Positions 50,941-63,279 are shown, counted from the stretch's first letter. The stretch is 64,000 nt of DNA from Strigamia acuminata (GCA_949358305.1 OX442314.1:9858001-9922000), one strand, 5' to 3'. Notes: generated by a model not told the origin, from the sequence alone. Program-made: numbers and translations.

Positions 50941-51589
50941 AGCTAAAAATCCTCAAAAAATTTTAATTAGCAAAACATTTAGTCGCAAACATGACAAACC
51001 AACAACTATAGTCCATTTTAATTTAATTTATAGTCCAGTTTGAAATTGTAAATTCCAATGTTATTGTTTATACAATAAACAAAGGGGCAGAAAAGTGGAA
51101 TTTCAAACAGTTGAAGCCTGATGGTTTAGTGTTGTTTACAAACCTTCTAACCTTATGACTGTAAAACAATCCACAAGTAAAATGCATTTCCAACACTAAC
51201 CTTATCTTCCTTGACTGTTTGATGGGCCATTACTTCACATTCCCTAGGGCCGCTTCAACAAACGCATGTCTGCCCACTTTAAGTTTAGGTCAACTCATTC
51301 TTTTGCACGTTTAGACTGAAGAAAGAAGAAGCAACAGATGCATCTTTAAAGCCGAGCATTCCAACCTGCAATCAAATTTTAGATGTAAAATTAGATAAAA
51401 GTATCATCACTCACCCAACTCAATCCCTGGATTCTGTCAAGCGGCAAAAACAAAAGATGGCGGTTTTTTAATTTTGCAATTTTAACATTTTTGCAGTTTT
51501 GGATTTGTCACGTGATATCATTTCTACCAATCATGTGTGTAATTGCAAAAACGTAAAGGAAAAAACGTAAAAATTATCTGTGAAAAAAT

Positions 51590-52240
51590 ATTTTGAAAAA
51601 AGTCTAAAAATTTCAAAAAAAAAAGGTCTAAAAATTTCAAAAAAAAGGTCTAAAATTTCAAAAAAAAAGTCTAAAATTTCAAAAAAAAGGTCTAAAATTT
51701 CAAAAAAAAGGTCTAAAATTTCAAAAAAAAGGTCTAAAATTTCAAAAAAAAGGTCTAAAATTTCAAAAAAAAGGTCTAAAATTTTTTTAAAAAAATTTAC
51801 AAACACAAAAACAAAATATAAATCTAAAAAATTTAAAAAAAAAATTAAAATAAATGTTAAAAAACTAAAAATAAATTTTTAAAAACTAAAAATAAATTTT
51901 TAAAAACTAAAAATAAATTTTAAAAAAAGGCTAAAAATTTCAAAAAAAGTCTAAATTAAAAGTCTAAAATTTTAAAAAAAATTACAAAATCTCAAAAAAA
52001 GTCTAAAATTTTAAAAAAATTTACAAAATCTCAAAAAAAATCTAAAATTTTAAAAAAAATTACAAAAATCTCAAAAAAATGTCTAAAATCTTAAAAAAAT
52101 TTACAAAATCTCAAAAAAAAAGTCTAAACATTTAAAAAAAGTCTAAAATTTTACAAAATTTCACAAAATCTCAAACAAAAACAAAAAAAAATTATCAAAA
52201 AAACCTTCAAAAATTTCAAAAAATATCAAAAACCTTGAAA
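51590..52240. repeat. 21-bp A-tract minisatellite
   Basis: AAAAAAAAGGTCTAAAATTTC units, degenerating distally. Confidence 0.95.
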
Positions 52241-53132
52241 ATTATTGCCTCGTGACAAATAAGCTTTTACTGCATTCTTCTTATTGCTACTAAATATTGA
52301 TTCTGATAATCAGCTATCTATTCATTTTAATTAATTAAAATATAAAAATTTATAGTTTCTCATGAAAAATTAATGAAAATTAATTTAACTCATCCACACG
52401 TGCCCATTAAACATATGCCTAAATAAATCGTATCGCAACTACGGCACTCACATCCAGCAACAAGTTCTTTCACAAACGTCACTCAACGTGTTTCTCCCAT
52501 TTATTTCATCCGTCCAAAATGAAATATCTCTTCATCTTGTTCCACGTTATTCTGTTGTGCAGCATTGGTAACTTATATTTTCCACACAAATAATTCACTC
52601 ATTACTGGGCATTGACATGTTATATTCTCATTAGCAACGATGATTTCTGCCGCGTATGAAGTTGATGTCGAGGATAATAAAATCAGAATTGTGATACCAG
52701 GTATCGTGTGACAGTTCTATAGAAGTGAAAAAATAAAATGATTATGAATTTTGTCTCTTAAATTGATTCATTTACAGGGAAAAAATAAAAGCGACGCAAT
52801 AAATCACGAAATTCCGTCGACTACTTCCTGTTTATAAGTGCACAATGTCAACTACCGGTCTTTAAAATTTTTATTACAAAAGTTCGTTTCCGCTTTTTAT
52901 AATCTAGAGCCTCCGCTCTTAACCGAAGCATTAAACAAGAGTGAAATACAACTTGTGGTTAGATAAAAGACGGAAGATGGAGTCGGACATGTTGTTGCAC
53001 TCATTTTTACGAGCGCACATAAAAATCACACATTTACGAGCCCGAGTCGTCCGAAATCGGATGAACGAGGCACCAAATAGCTCGACATTACCCCAAACAA
53101 TGACGCGAAAAACGAAACGACTCTAAATGAAG

Positions 53133-53144
53133 TGCGCATGCGCA
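53133..53144. promoter_or_regulatory. Perfect NRF1/EWG-type palindrome in a CpG-rich patch
   Basis: TGCGCATGCGCA; related sites at 45996 and ~46309. Function is inferred from motif only. Confidence 0.45.
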
Positions 53145-53809
53145 GTGCGCGCCAGATGGGCTGCTCCGGAAATGGCGCTAACACGGTCTATTGGGATTCA
53201 TCGGGCGCTTTCGAGGGGGCCTTGGAATGGATTTGGAGGGTTTTTTTTTATTTATTTTTTATTTTTTAAGATGGAGGAAAGAATGGATTGAGTTAAATAA
53301 CAAGGTGATTTGTTTGTTAATCAGTTTTGTGTGTGTGTTGAGGTAATGGGGCATTTGGAGTGGTTTTAATGAGTGTTTCTGTGTTGTGTGAATCTAAATG
53401 GGGTTCTCTTTGTGTGAGGTGGTTGGGCTGCACTGCAATGCTCGTCTTTGTCATGCAGTGTAGTGCGTGTTGAGTTATTTGGTTTTTAATTAGAAGATGA
53501 GAGTTTTTGGGGAAGAAAGGGGTTGGTGGATGGGTTTAATGGGTGTTTTTGCTTGGAGGAGTGATGGTTTTTTGTTGTTTTGGTTTGGTTGTTGTGGAAT
53601 GTTTTTGGATGGTGGAAAAGTTTGGGATTTTGGAGAAAGTTTGAGAATCTTGAGAGTTTGGGGGAAATGAAAAATGGTTATTGCAGAAATTGGAAAATGT
53701 GGAAAGATTTTGAAAAATTTTTTGAAAATCTTGGGGATTTTGAAGGATTTCATTGAAAATCTTGGGGATTTTGAAGGATATTGTTGCAAATTTTAGTAAA
53801 TCTTAATAA

Positions 53810-54330
53810 ATTCATTTCAAATTTTGAGAATTCCATTCTAAATCTTGAGAAATCCATTCCAAATCTTGAGAAATCCATTCCAAATCTTGAGAAATCCATT
53901 CCAAATCTTGAGAAATCCATTGCAAATCTTGAGAAATCCATTGCAAATCTTGAGAAATCTTGAGAAATCCATTCCAAATCTTTAAAAATCCATTCCAAAT
54001 CTTTAAAAATCCATTCCAAATCTTTAAAAATCCATTCCAAACCTTGAGAAATTTTAAAAAATACTTTTCAAATCTTTCCAAATTTTTAAAAATCTATTCT
54101 AAATCCATTCTAAATCTTGAAAAATCTATTCTAAATCCATTCTAAATCTTGAAAAATCCATTCCAAATCTTGAAAAATCTTAGAAAATTCATTTAAACCT
54201 TTAGAAATCCTAAAAAATCGGTTCCAAATCTTATGAAATCCTAAAAAATCCATTCCAAATTTTAAAAAATCCATTCCAAATCTTAAAAAATCCATTCCAA
54301 ATCTTGAAAAATCTATTCCAAATCCCAAAA
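53810..54330. repeat. 21-bp minisatellite
   Basis: AAATCCATTCCAAATCTTGAG units. Confidence 0.95.
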
Positions 54331-55499
54331 AAATCTCCAATATTGGCAAACTTAATAATTTTCCTTTCAAAAATTGATTTCCCTTTTAAATATCATGTGG
54401 TGAACATATAATTTTCATAACTTTCACCATAATTTCCTTTCAAGCCTACCATAACCACAGTTTTAATAACAGTCCTGATTGAGTTATCCAACTTGTAAAT
54501 GGAGCACTCTAACTTAGTTGAGTCTGCCTATGTTTATCAAGTATGGCTTCAGAACATCAATTTTATTCTTTTAGCTTTTTAATTATAACTTGGACCCATC
54601 TTGATATGATCTTAAAAGAAAATTGTTTTCTTGTGTATTGAACAAATTTTGTATATATTTTGTAATTTTACAAATTACATCTCTATTGATCTTTATTGGA
54701 AATGTCTAAGATCTTTTTCAATGTCCTTAGGGAAGGAAGGAATTTCTTTTTCAGCCCGAATATTATTTTTCATAAATGGCTTGGAAAGTATTCAATTTCC
54801 AAGGAGACTTCAATAGAAGAAGTTGAAGAAATTTTAATAATTATGGAACAGTTGCATTCAAATGATATTCCAAAGCATGTGGCAACCGGCAGCCATTATG
54901 TCCAATTCAATAGATGTTTGTGACTCGATCGTTGCAATTGACAACCAGAAAGAGAAGATGGACACTGCGCTTGAATTCGTGAACATATTTATGTGCAAAC
55001 ATGGTCGAGGTGAAGTAATGACTGTATATTCAGAGTCTGAAATTTCAGGTTGTCACGCCGCAAACGAAATGATTCTGCTTGTGTGTTTGGCTGTCATTCC
55101 GTGCGCGGAAATTGTTTGGTACACACAATCCTTGCACGTGTTGTAATTACAAATGGCGACCACTTTTAAAAAATATTGTAGTTTGATTGTGCAAAATAAA
55201 TGGATTACTGTATTTTTAAATTAATAATTAATAGTTAATTATAAAATAAATTAATCAAACATTTTTAGTATTTTCTGTCTTTGTATTCAGTATCCACCTC
55301 CATCTTGTGTACGACCGGTCACGATCGATTGCGTTACCACAATGCATTCTGGGTACTCAGAATTTGTTCGTGCACGGAAGCAATTGAATTTTTCCGTGCA
55401 CCGTCACAGCCGGAAAGAATAAAATTCCGGTTGCCAGAATGTTTCCGTGTGTGGTAAGCGGAACCATGTGTACCATACCGATCCAAACTTTCGGCCTTA

Positions 55500-56117
55500 A
55501 GCCTAGTACTCATAACACCATTCCGTCCTTGGAATGGTAACAGGAATCAAAGTCTTAAGTTTCCTGCCAAGGGTGGTACTCATAAAAATATTGTTTAGAA
55601 TCTGAATCACCCTTGCACGTGGAAACGAATTGTTTCGGCCCGGGTGGTGCACGGAAAAATTTTATTGTTTCAGACTCTGAATAAATTTTGTCTACCCAGA
55701 ATTCCCTTGTTTTTGATCTAAAATTTGCAACTGGTCACAGCCGGTTGCAAACAAAGACACCCAACTACTACAATTGAACACGTTGTTTGTTGAAGGTTAT
55801 TAGAATTATATTTTTGCCTGCATTTCAGACAAAATAAACGCTTTTTTAATTGCAAAAAGACCAAAACTGATTTTAAAATTATTTAAGTCAGAAAAGTCGG
55901 ACAAAGCTTCATTGCCATTGCCAGCCATTTGCAAAACAAGCAACAATGACTCACACAGTTTAAGAGTACGGAAACTTTCTGGTGACAATTTCATGAGTAC
56001 CACAAATTTATCAGACTCTGAATAATAAGAGGATAAAACATTCCGCTTGAAATGGTGCTGTTGAAAAATTAAGACTGTAAAAATATTTAGACTCTGAAAG
56101 CGTATGAGTACTAGGCT
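55500..56117. mobile_element. PIF/Harbinger-like MITE
   Basis: TTA|AGCCTAGTACTCATA ... TATGAGTACTAGGCT|TTA. Confidence 0.88.
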
Positions 56118-56759
56118 TTACACGGAAAGTGATCATTCCGTGCACGGAATCAAGTCATGTGTACTTAGCTTAAGTGGAAACCCACCTTAAGAAACAAGTT
56201 ACGATGTAAGAACAAGCAAGTGATCTGCAGCACATGAAGTATTGCAGTGAAGAGTACACGCAGGTATACCCAGTGCTGTGGAAATATAATAGAAATTAAC
56301 ATTAAACAGTATGGAAATAATATGGAAAGTCGGTATGGAAATACGATGTGGATAGGTGAAATTTATACGTTGTGGAAATTTGGCGAAAGTTCAGTAAGGC
56401 ATCAACCGGATAAGGATGTCTTCGGCTTTACGTAGTACTATAGTGGAGGGTATATGCCACACATCTTCGGCTTTTCTTATGATGTAAACAATCAGAAAAA
56501 GAAAATCTTCTAACAAAAGATGACATATCAACAATAGCATGACATCAGCTGATAGGCCAGAAATACTTAAGCTTATTCTTAATGAAAAATAAGCAGGGAA
56601 TGCCTTTAAAAATGGTTTCTTAATTAATGGTGCTCCACCCAATGGGTTTCTCTTTAATATTACAATTACTTTTGAGTTTGTGGGTGTAAAATGATTTTCA
56701 AGGAAGATTAATTGCACAGACAGGAATTGGTTTTTTTCTTCCCTCCATCATTCTCCTTT

Positions 56760-57180
56760 TTTTACAGAGAGCACTGTTGAATTGGGAAAGTTTCATTTTG
56801 TGAAAGGTCAGTAAAAGTGGAATAAATGGAGTCGTAAGTTTCGATGTGCGTGTTGCCTTTTATTCCTTTTACTTTTATTCGCTGAGATAAATCATTAATT
56901 TCCTGGTGGGCCCGTCCCAGGGAATTTGTGTGCATGCTCAATTTAAGTTGTGATTCAGGAAAATGATATGGCATTTAGACGGGGAAGTATCCGACCCGTC
57001 ACATTCAAAATGAATTGAGATTTTAGGTGTCTCGTTAACAAGATGTTGCATAAATAATCCTTCGTCTTTTACGATGGTTTTATTCGAATAGTGACAGCAA
57101 AGATCCAAGAATGAGATAGACCGAGCGCTGTTTCTTGTTAATGGCAAATTTAAATGTTTATAACCAGACTTCGTTTGCAC
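56760..57180 (-). mobile_element. Possible highly degenerate Penelope-like RT relic
   Basis: SISFLDL motif followed by PYHFPESQLKLSM...LGRAHQEINDL; multiple frame breaks; weak. Confidence 0.35.
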
Positions 57181-57198
57181 CTGAATATTTGACCTGTA

Positions 57199-57601
57199 CT
57201 CTGGCCGAGTATAAGAGTGCGCTATTTCCTATTGGCCCAGCTTGATTACTCCTAACTGTGGACTGTGTACTTCCACCAGGAAAAGTAGTCTTGTTTTATT
57301 TTTTATTTGTTTGATTATTTTAATGATTAAAATGATGTAAGTTTATTTCTTTTTTATAATAAAATGTTTTTTAAAATCATAAAATATTGTTTTATGCTGG
57401 TTTTATTTCTAAATACATGCTTGTTCAGACTGTTGAGTTTATTGGTTGCTTTGTCAGGAAAGCAAGCAGTTTTTGAATTTTCTTATCGGTTGCATTGTCT
57501 GGAAAGCACTCAACGTGTATTTTGATCTATTTTTTGGGATCACTACACTAGTGAAAAGGCTGGGCCAATAGGAAATAGCGCACTTTTATACTCGGCCAGA
57601 G
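57199..57601. mobile_element. MITE with ~43-bp TIRs and TA TSD (same CTCTGGCC terminus as 12312-12597)
   Basis: TA|CTCTGGCCGAGTATAAGAGTGCGCTATTTCCTATTGGCCCAGC ... GCTGGGCCAATAGGAAATAGCGCACTTTTATACTCGGCCAGAG|TA. Confidence 0.92.
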
Positions 57602-57975
57602 TATACTGTAGTGTAAGTTTTTGAGCCAGACCATTTGCACTAGCGCTGTTTTTGAGGCTGTTCCAGACACTACTTAGCAATAAATCCAGGTATAGTTAAG
57701 GCAAAAAAAAATGGCGGACAAACGAGTCACAATGTTGTTGTCCACACATTTTCAAAAGCAGTGCATTGTTGGGACTTGATTAAATTCAAATCAGACTCGA
57801 TTGTTACAATTACTACAATCTGGTTGTCTACTGACATGGTAGCCATGTTGTTTCGACTAGCAATGTCAATGCATTAAGGGTAGCATGCCAACATAAGATA
57901 GTAAAGCTAGCTTATAACTAGCTTATCCAGTTCCCAAAACTAGATAATTTTATCTATTGTAGTTTCCAAGAGTAA

Positions 57976-58330
57976 TACCTTGTTCGCACCAGAAAGTTTG
58001 GGCTAGCCCAAAGTTTAAATCTAGTTCTTGTTGTTGGTGCGAACGCATCTAGCCCAAAATTATCTAGTTTAAAAATGTTTAAACTAGATAATTCTAATCC
58101 AGTTGTGTGAACTAGATAATTGCCAAAGAACTAGATAACTGCAAAGGTCACTTCCCACAATTCTGTGCGTAACATGGTCAGTTGATTGTCTATTGGCTGC
58201 TTGCTAGCCTAGACATGTGGCTTTTTGCTTTTCGGTGCGAACACTCTAGCCCGAACTTTTCAAGCTAATATCAGGCCAGAACTAGATTTAAATTTTGGGC
58301 TAGCCCAAACTTTCTGGTGCGAACAAGGTA
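57976..58330. mobile_element. PIF/Harbinger-like MITE
   Basis: TAA|TACCTTGTTCGCACCAGAAAGTTTGGGCTAGCCCAAA ... TTTGGGCTAGCCCAAACTTTCTGGTGCGAACAAGGTA|TAA. Confidence 0.92.
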
Positions 58331-58872
58331 TAAGGCTAACCTAGGATAAGCCGTAGTAAGACGGGGCACCAAAGGGTCTGAAATTTTACGAAAATTGTCT
58401 TGGAAGAGTGGTAATTAGAACTGTGGTCCCAGGTACAGATTTGCTTACTGCGGCCCTGCTTGTATATCTTTTTTTCACAATTATGGACCTTCCAAACAAT
58501 TTTCCTATCTACTCTTGCTGAACATTCAAATCTAGTTGTGAAAATTGGTGCGAACGCTTGCAGTCCACAATTATTTGGTTCAAAATAGGTCTCGGCCTCT
58601 GTATCGATTGATTCGTGGGAATAAAATATTCAGAAGGAAAATAAGAGACGTTTGAACTAGATTGTATCAACTAGATTGACTGTATAAGCTAGCTGAAAAT
58701 ACCTTCCACAAGTCCTTGCGGCATAGTCAGTTGATTGTCTATTGGCACCTTCAATGTTGTTGATGAATACCAACATCTTCTGGATAGATTCTACACCTAT
58801 GGTCAAAAACATCTTCACATTTGGAACTGAAGTAGCCTGACAGCATGTGAAGATTTTTTTGTCCATAGGTGT

Positions 58873-59165
58873 TGTCGGATATGTGAAGTTCAACGAGAAA
58901 GCAATTAACGACTCTCTTGGTTCAAGTGTTGTACAAAACTGTTTAATCATCTCAAAAACTACAAAAATGTAAACAAAACGAATCAGCTGGTGATGAGACG
59001 ACTTCTACTATTGGCCCGGCATATGACGTCATCGGCCAGCACCGGCAGGTGCGCCAGGTGGCAAACACGCGCGACACACGCCAAAACGTCACACGCGCAT
59101 CACACACGACGCGCAACGGCCGGCACGCGCACGCGACGCGAACGTGAGGTAGTCCAAACCTCACA
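58873..59165 (-). repeat. 3' LTR of gypsy element (293 bp)
   Basis: Direct repeat of 63437-63729; no differences seen by eye. Confidence 0.95.
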
Positions 59166-62100
59166 CGCCCCCCCTAGGGGAGGTGATGGCCCCCATCACA
59201 GCTTCCTCTCCGCTGAACTTTTTTAATTGGGCGCCGTGTGCCTTCCATGTTCGTCCATCATCACCTGATAAAATAAAAACTTCCGTCCCCAAACGCTCTA
59301 CAATTGTGTAGGGGCCCTCATAAAGTGCGTCGGACTTCCTTTGCCGTTGTCCCTTCGTGAAAAGCACCCTGTCCCCCGTCTGCAGGCCGGACGCCTCTCT
59401 ATTGCGGTCGAAACGGTCTTTGTGCGACCTTCCAGCCTCCTCCAGATTGCAAATCGCCTCCTCCCTATCTTCCCACAGCCTCTCGAGCCCCTCCGTCTGA
59501 TCTTCCTCCTCAATTATTACCAACTCCTCCTTAAAATCGGGTGTGTAGCCGTGCACCAGCTCGAACGGCGTGAACCGCGATGATGACTGCACCGTATTGT
59601 TTATCGCCCATATCTGGTCTTGTAGATTCCTTGCCCACTTCTCCAGCCCCCCCTCAGCCTTTCGCAACTTCTGGACAATCGTCTGCACCATTCGCTCGAC
59701 TAAACCGTTGGAGGCGTGATGATATGGTGGGCAAACCTCCACCTCCGCGCCCTCACCCTCCGCGAAATTCACGAACTCCTTGGCGACGAAAGAGGTTCCG
59801 GCATCCGTAATGATTTTTCTCGCGGGTCCGAAGCGTCCGAAGACATCTGTACTGACTTTCTCGACTGATGTTGCCGCCTTGGTGTTACGGACTGGCACTG
59901 CCACAACAAATTTGGAGAATAAATCGATTATTACCAATATGAATAAATTTCCCCCACTGCATGGGTATGGACCGCCGTGATCAATCGCAATCGTGTGAAA
60001 AGGTCTGGGCGGGATAGGCCGGTTTGTCAGCAGACCCAACGGCTTTGCGGTTCTGTGATTTTGACGCTGGCACCCCTGACAACCACGCACGAAACTCTTA
60101 ACGGCTCCCTGCATTCCCTTCCACCAATGTCTCCTTCTTAACCTCGACAATGTCTTGTAGGCGTCCGCGTGCCCACATGACTCGTGGACGGCCTTCATCA
60201 ACCTTTCGGTCATGTTCCTCGGGACCACTATCTGTGAACATTTTCTATTTCGCCGCGTCTCCGCGTGAAGCAGCAGCCCTTCAACCACCTCGAACTCTGT
60301 TGGCAAATTTGCCACCTTCTCCCTGCAAAACGCGTCGTTTCCCTGTTCCTCCCTCAGTGTGCTGTCTCTCAATTTAATCATTGCCAGTGTCACCGCTACT
60401 TTAGACTCAATCGCACGAGAAAGGGCGTCCGGAATCTCGTTTTCCTTCCCCTTCTTGTGCTTCATTGTGAAATTGAACTCTTGCAAGTCCAAAATCCACC
60501 TCGCGTATTTTCTGTTTAAATCCGTCTTGGCCAGCATATGGGCCACTGCCCAGTTGTCTGTGAACAGCACGAACTTTATCCCCAATAAGTATGAGCGGAA
60601 CTTCTCAGTGATTGCCCAGTGGACGGCGAGGCACTCCAGCTCGTTTGAATGGGCTGCGGCGTACGACTGCGGTATTCCTCTCGACGCAAAAGCGATGGTA
60701 ACCCATTCTCCGTCCTGCCGCTGCTGGAGAGTAGCGCCCAAGCCGTCGTGGCTTGCGTCCACACTCACGCACGTCTCGGCCTCGCGTTGAAAATGGGCAA
60801 GCCAATCGCACGCCTTCAGTTCCTCACGAATCGCCTCCACTGCCCCCTGATGAGCCCCGGTCCAAATAAAGCGTACGTCTTTCTTGGTAAGCATCTGCAG
60901 TATTTTGGTCTTCGCGGCAAATCCCTTCACGAACCGGCGATGGTACCCGGCAAATCCCAAGAATGCGCGAACGTCCCTTGCGTTACGAAAACGCTGAAAC
61001 CGGTCAATGGCCTGCAAACGCGCTGGGTCCGGTCTCTTCCCCTGCCGCGACACGATATACCCGAGAAAACTCACTTCCTTCCGCAAAAGTTGGCATTTTG
61101 ACAAGCGAACTCGCAGACCCTTTTTTTCCAATTCCTCCAAAAATTTTTCCCATCTCGAAATTAACTCATCCACGATGCGACTGGATTGGCCGACATCATC
61201 CACGTATGCAGCGGTGCGCTCCACCCGTCTACACAATTTGTCCATTATTTCTTGCATTTTGAATGGTGAAATTTTCAAACCCATTGGCATTCTTGTTAAT
61301 TCCATGAGCCCTTCCGGTGTCAAAAACGCTATCTTATGACAGTCCCCGCTACGCAGCAAAACGTGGTAGAACGCCATCGCAACGTCGCCAATGTTAAAAT
61401 ACATTGGTTGCCCTTCTAATAAAAATTCTATTGTTTCATCAATTGTTGGCATCCGGTACATAGACACGTCCACAATCTCATTTAAACGTCGTAAATCGAG
61501 TACCGGTCTTAGCTTTTGCTTGGTCTCTCCCTGTTTAACAAACCACAACGGAAAATTGTACTGCGACGTTGAGGGTCGACAAATTCCCAACCTCAACCAA
61601 AGCGCCATTGTCTCGCTGCACGCCCTCTCGTCGGCTGGCGAGAATTTTCTTGGTTTGACTTTGATGGGATTATCGTGTTTCAGACGAATCTCGCATTCCT
61701 CGTCCACGCACACGCCCAGTTCGTCGTGTTCGCTGAATGCCTCCCTGTGCTTCCACAACACCCGCCTGAGTCGCTCCCTTTCCTCCGGCAAAACGTCCCT
61801 GTCCGCCGCCCCCACGAGCGCCTCTACCTCCTCCCCGAACAGCTGGTCCTGGGCGGAAATCTGCTGCTTGGCACGCAAAAGGCAATTCGTCATTGACGTT
61901 GAATCCTTAATTTCCTTGTAGAAAGTCACGTCCCCGTTGCCGGATATCATCCACGCCAGGCCCGCCTGCTTGCGCCAATCCATCCCGATGATTAATGGAA
62001 AAGGCGGGTCCTGTACCACGGCGACGTCATTAATCGTGGTCCTCATTCTTCCAATCTGCACGTTCAGATCTACATGGCCCAATACTTGTTTGTCGCCATT

Positions 62101-63279
62101 TGCGGTTTTGAAGTATTCCTTCTCCAAATTTGGCCGGATCTCGACGGTATCGCCAATGTATACCTGGTCCACGGATGAACAATTTGCCCCGCAATCAATC
62201 AGGGCCTCCACCTGTCCCCCGAGCTCAGCTGACTGACAATCAACAACCACCAGATTCGATTCCGGACACTTTGTCCTGACCATGCAAATGTTCACCTTTC
62301 CAGTGGCGCTTTTCTGTTGCTTCTTCGCCTCTTCGTCCTTCTGTTCGGGTTTCTTCGCCTTCGTGCAGTCGAATGAGCAGTGCCCAATCTCATTGCACCG
62401 CCAACACTGCATCTTCGACATATCCATTCCCTTTTTGTATGTTGTATCGTCACGTGGCGTCCTAATTCGGGTCTCGAGCTTGGCTTTCCCAGCCTCCTTT
62501 GGTGTCGTCCTCGGTGGTGATCCACTGGCCTCTCTGTTCCGGTCAATTTCGCGTCCCTTCCTAATTAATTCAATAAAAGAGTCAAATTTTGCCATACGAA
62601 ATAAATCACGAGTATGCAAATCGCGAACTCCCTCTACTGTGACATTTATCGTGTCATCCTTCGAAAAACTGAACGCCTTCTTTGTTGTCTCGATCAGTGC
62701 AATTTTTGCGGCAAAATATGTGGCGAGGGACTCGTTCTCCAGCTGCTTTCTTGCAGCGATTCGCTGCCTCCACCTGTCATAGGTGTCGACGTCCAAAAAA
62801 TAGTCCCTAATTGACGCCACCCACTCCGACCACAAAACGAATTTTTTCCCAAAAATGTCATACCAATACAGAGCTTCCTCCTTCAATTGTCCGTTTGCCA
62901 CCGCAATTTTCGCGTGCTCGGTCCATTTTCCCAACGTGGCCGCACGCTCGACGCACTCGATAAAATGTTCAACGTTCTCGTCACGTTTTCCCTTGAACAC
63001 GGGCACTCCCTTCGTCGTGTCCACCTCATGCTGCACTTTGATCTGTCCGGCGAGTCCCGCCGCAGTCGCCACAATGGCCGACTGGGTTGACCCGGGGTTG
63101 ACCTTGGCTGTATCTTTTGCCACATTGTCCGCCAAAATTGTGGCCAAAAATTCGCTCTTCTTTTTGCAGTTGGTTACGTCGATTCCCCGTAACAAACACT
63201 CGTCGCGAATGTTTTCGCACGTTAAAAGGTCCAAAACCGGCTCGCAAATCGAAGTTAACACACCTTTCATATCCGCCAT
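59161..63279 (-). CDS. Gypsy Gag-Pol polyprotein (1372 aa from first ATG)
   Basis: CWRCNEIGHCSFDC; ALIDCGA; YVDDV; VDASHDGLG...ELECLAV; HESCGH...CQGC; IAIDHGG/ITDAG/NGLVER. Stop codon lies inside the 3' LTR. Confidence 0.97.
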   Translation of the reverse strand: MADMKGVLTSICEPVLDLLTCENIRDECLLRGIDVTNCKKKSEFLATILADNVAKDTAKVNPGSTQSAIVATAAGLAGQIKVQHEVDTTKGVPVFKGKRDENVEHFIECVERAATLGKWTEHAKIAVANGQLKEEALYWYDIFGKKFVLWSEWVASIRDYFLDVDTYDRWRQRIAARKQLENESLATYFAAKIALIETTKKAFSFSKDDTINVTVEGVRDLHTRDLFRMAKFDSFIELIRKGREIDRNREASGSPPRTTPKEAGKAKLETRIRTPRDDTTYKKGMDMSKMQCWRCNEIGHCSFDCTKAKKPEQKDEEAKKQQKSATGKVNICMVRTKCPESNLVVVDCQSAELGGQVEALIDCGANCSSVDQVYIGDTVEIRPNLEKEYFKTANGDKQVLGHVDLNVQIGRMRTTINDVAVVQDPPFPLIIGMDWRKQAGLAWMISGNGDVTFYKEIKDSTSMTNCLLRAKQQISAQDQLFGEEVEALVGAADRDVLPEERERLRRVLWKHREAFSEHDELGVCVDEECEIRLKHDNPIKVKPRKFSPADERACSETMALWLRLGICRPSTSQYNFPLWFVKQGETKQKLRPVLDLRRLNEIVDVSMYRMPTIDETIEFLLEGQPMYFNIGDVAMAFYHVLLRSGDCHKIAFLTPEGLMELTRMPMGLKISPFKMQEIMDKLCRRVERTAAYVDDVGQSSRIVDELISRWEKFLEELEKKGLRVRLSKCQLLRKEVSFLGYIVSRQGKRPDPARLQAIDRFQRFRNARDVRAFLGFAGYHRRFVKGFAAKTKILQMLTKKDVRFIWTGAHQGAVEAIREELKACDWLAHFQREAETCVSVDASHDGLGATLQQRQDGEWVTIAFASRGIPQSYAAAHSNELECLAVHWAITEKFRSYLLGIKFVLFTDNWAVAHMLAKTDLNRKYARWILDLQEFNFTMKHKKGKENEIPDALSRAIESKVAVTLAMIKLRDSTLREEQGNDAFCREKVANLPTEFEVVEGLLLHAETRRNRKCSQIVVPRNMTERLMKAVHESCGHADAYKTLSRLRRRHWWKGMQGAVKSFVRGCQGCQRQNHRTAKPLGLLTNRPIPPRPFHTIAIDHGGPYPCSGGNLFILVIIDLFSKFVVAVPVRNTKAATSVEKVSTDVFGRFGPARKIITDAGTSFVAKEFVNFAEGEGAEVEVCPPYHHASNGLVERMVQTIVQKLRKAEGGLEKWARNLQDQIWAINNTVQSSSRFTPFELVHGYTPDFKEELVIIEEEDQTEGLERLWEDREEAICNLEEAGRSHKDRFDRNREASGLQTGDRVLFTKGQRQRKSDALYEGPYTIVERLGTEVFILSGDDGRTWKAHGAQLKKFSGEEAVMGAITSPRGGV

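Noticed and set aside
40080..54330. Regular repeats as CRISPR arrays
   Set aside because: Head-to-tail tandem units with no unique spacers, no cas genes, eukaryotic context.
46955..54370. ORFs with heptad-like peptide repeats (LGSVILH, SKISKKR, SIPNLEK, QNFKFFRK)
   Set aside because: Translations of 21/30-bp minisatellites, open in several frames and strands, without splice or codon evidence.
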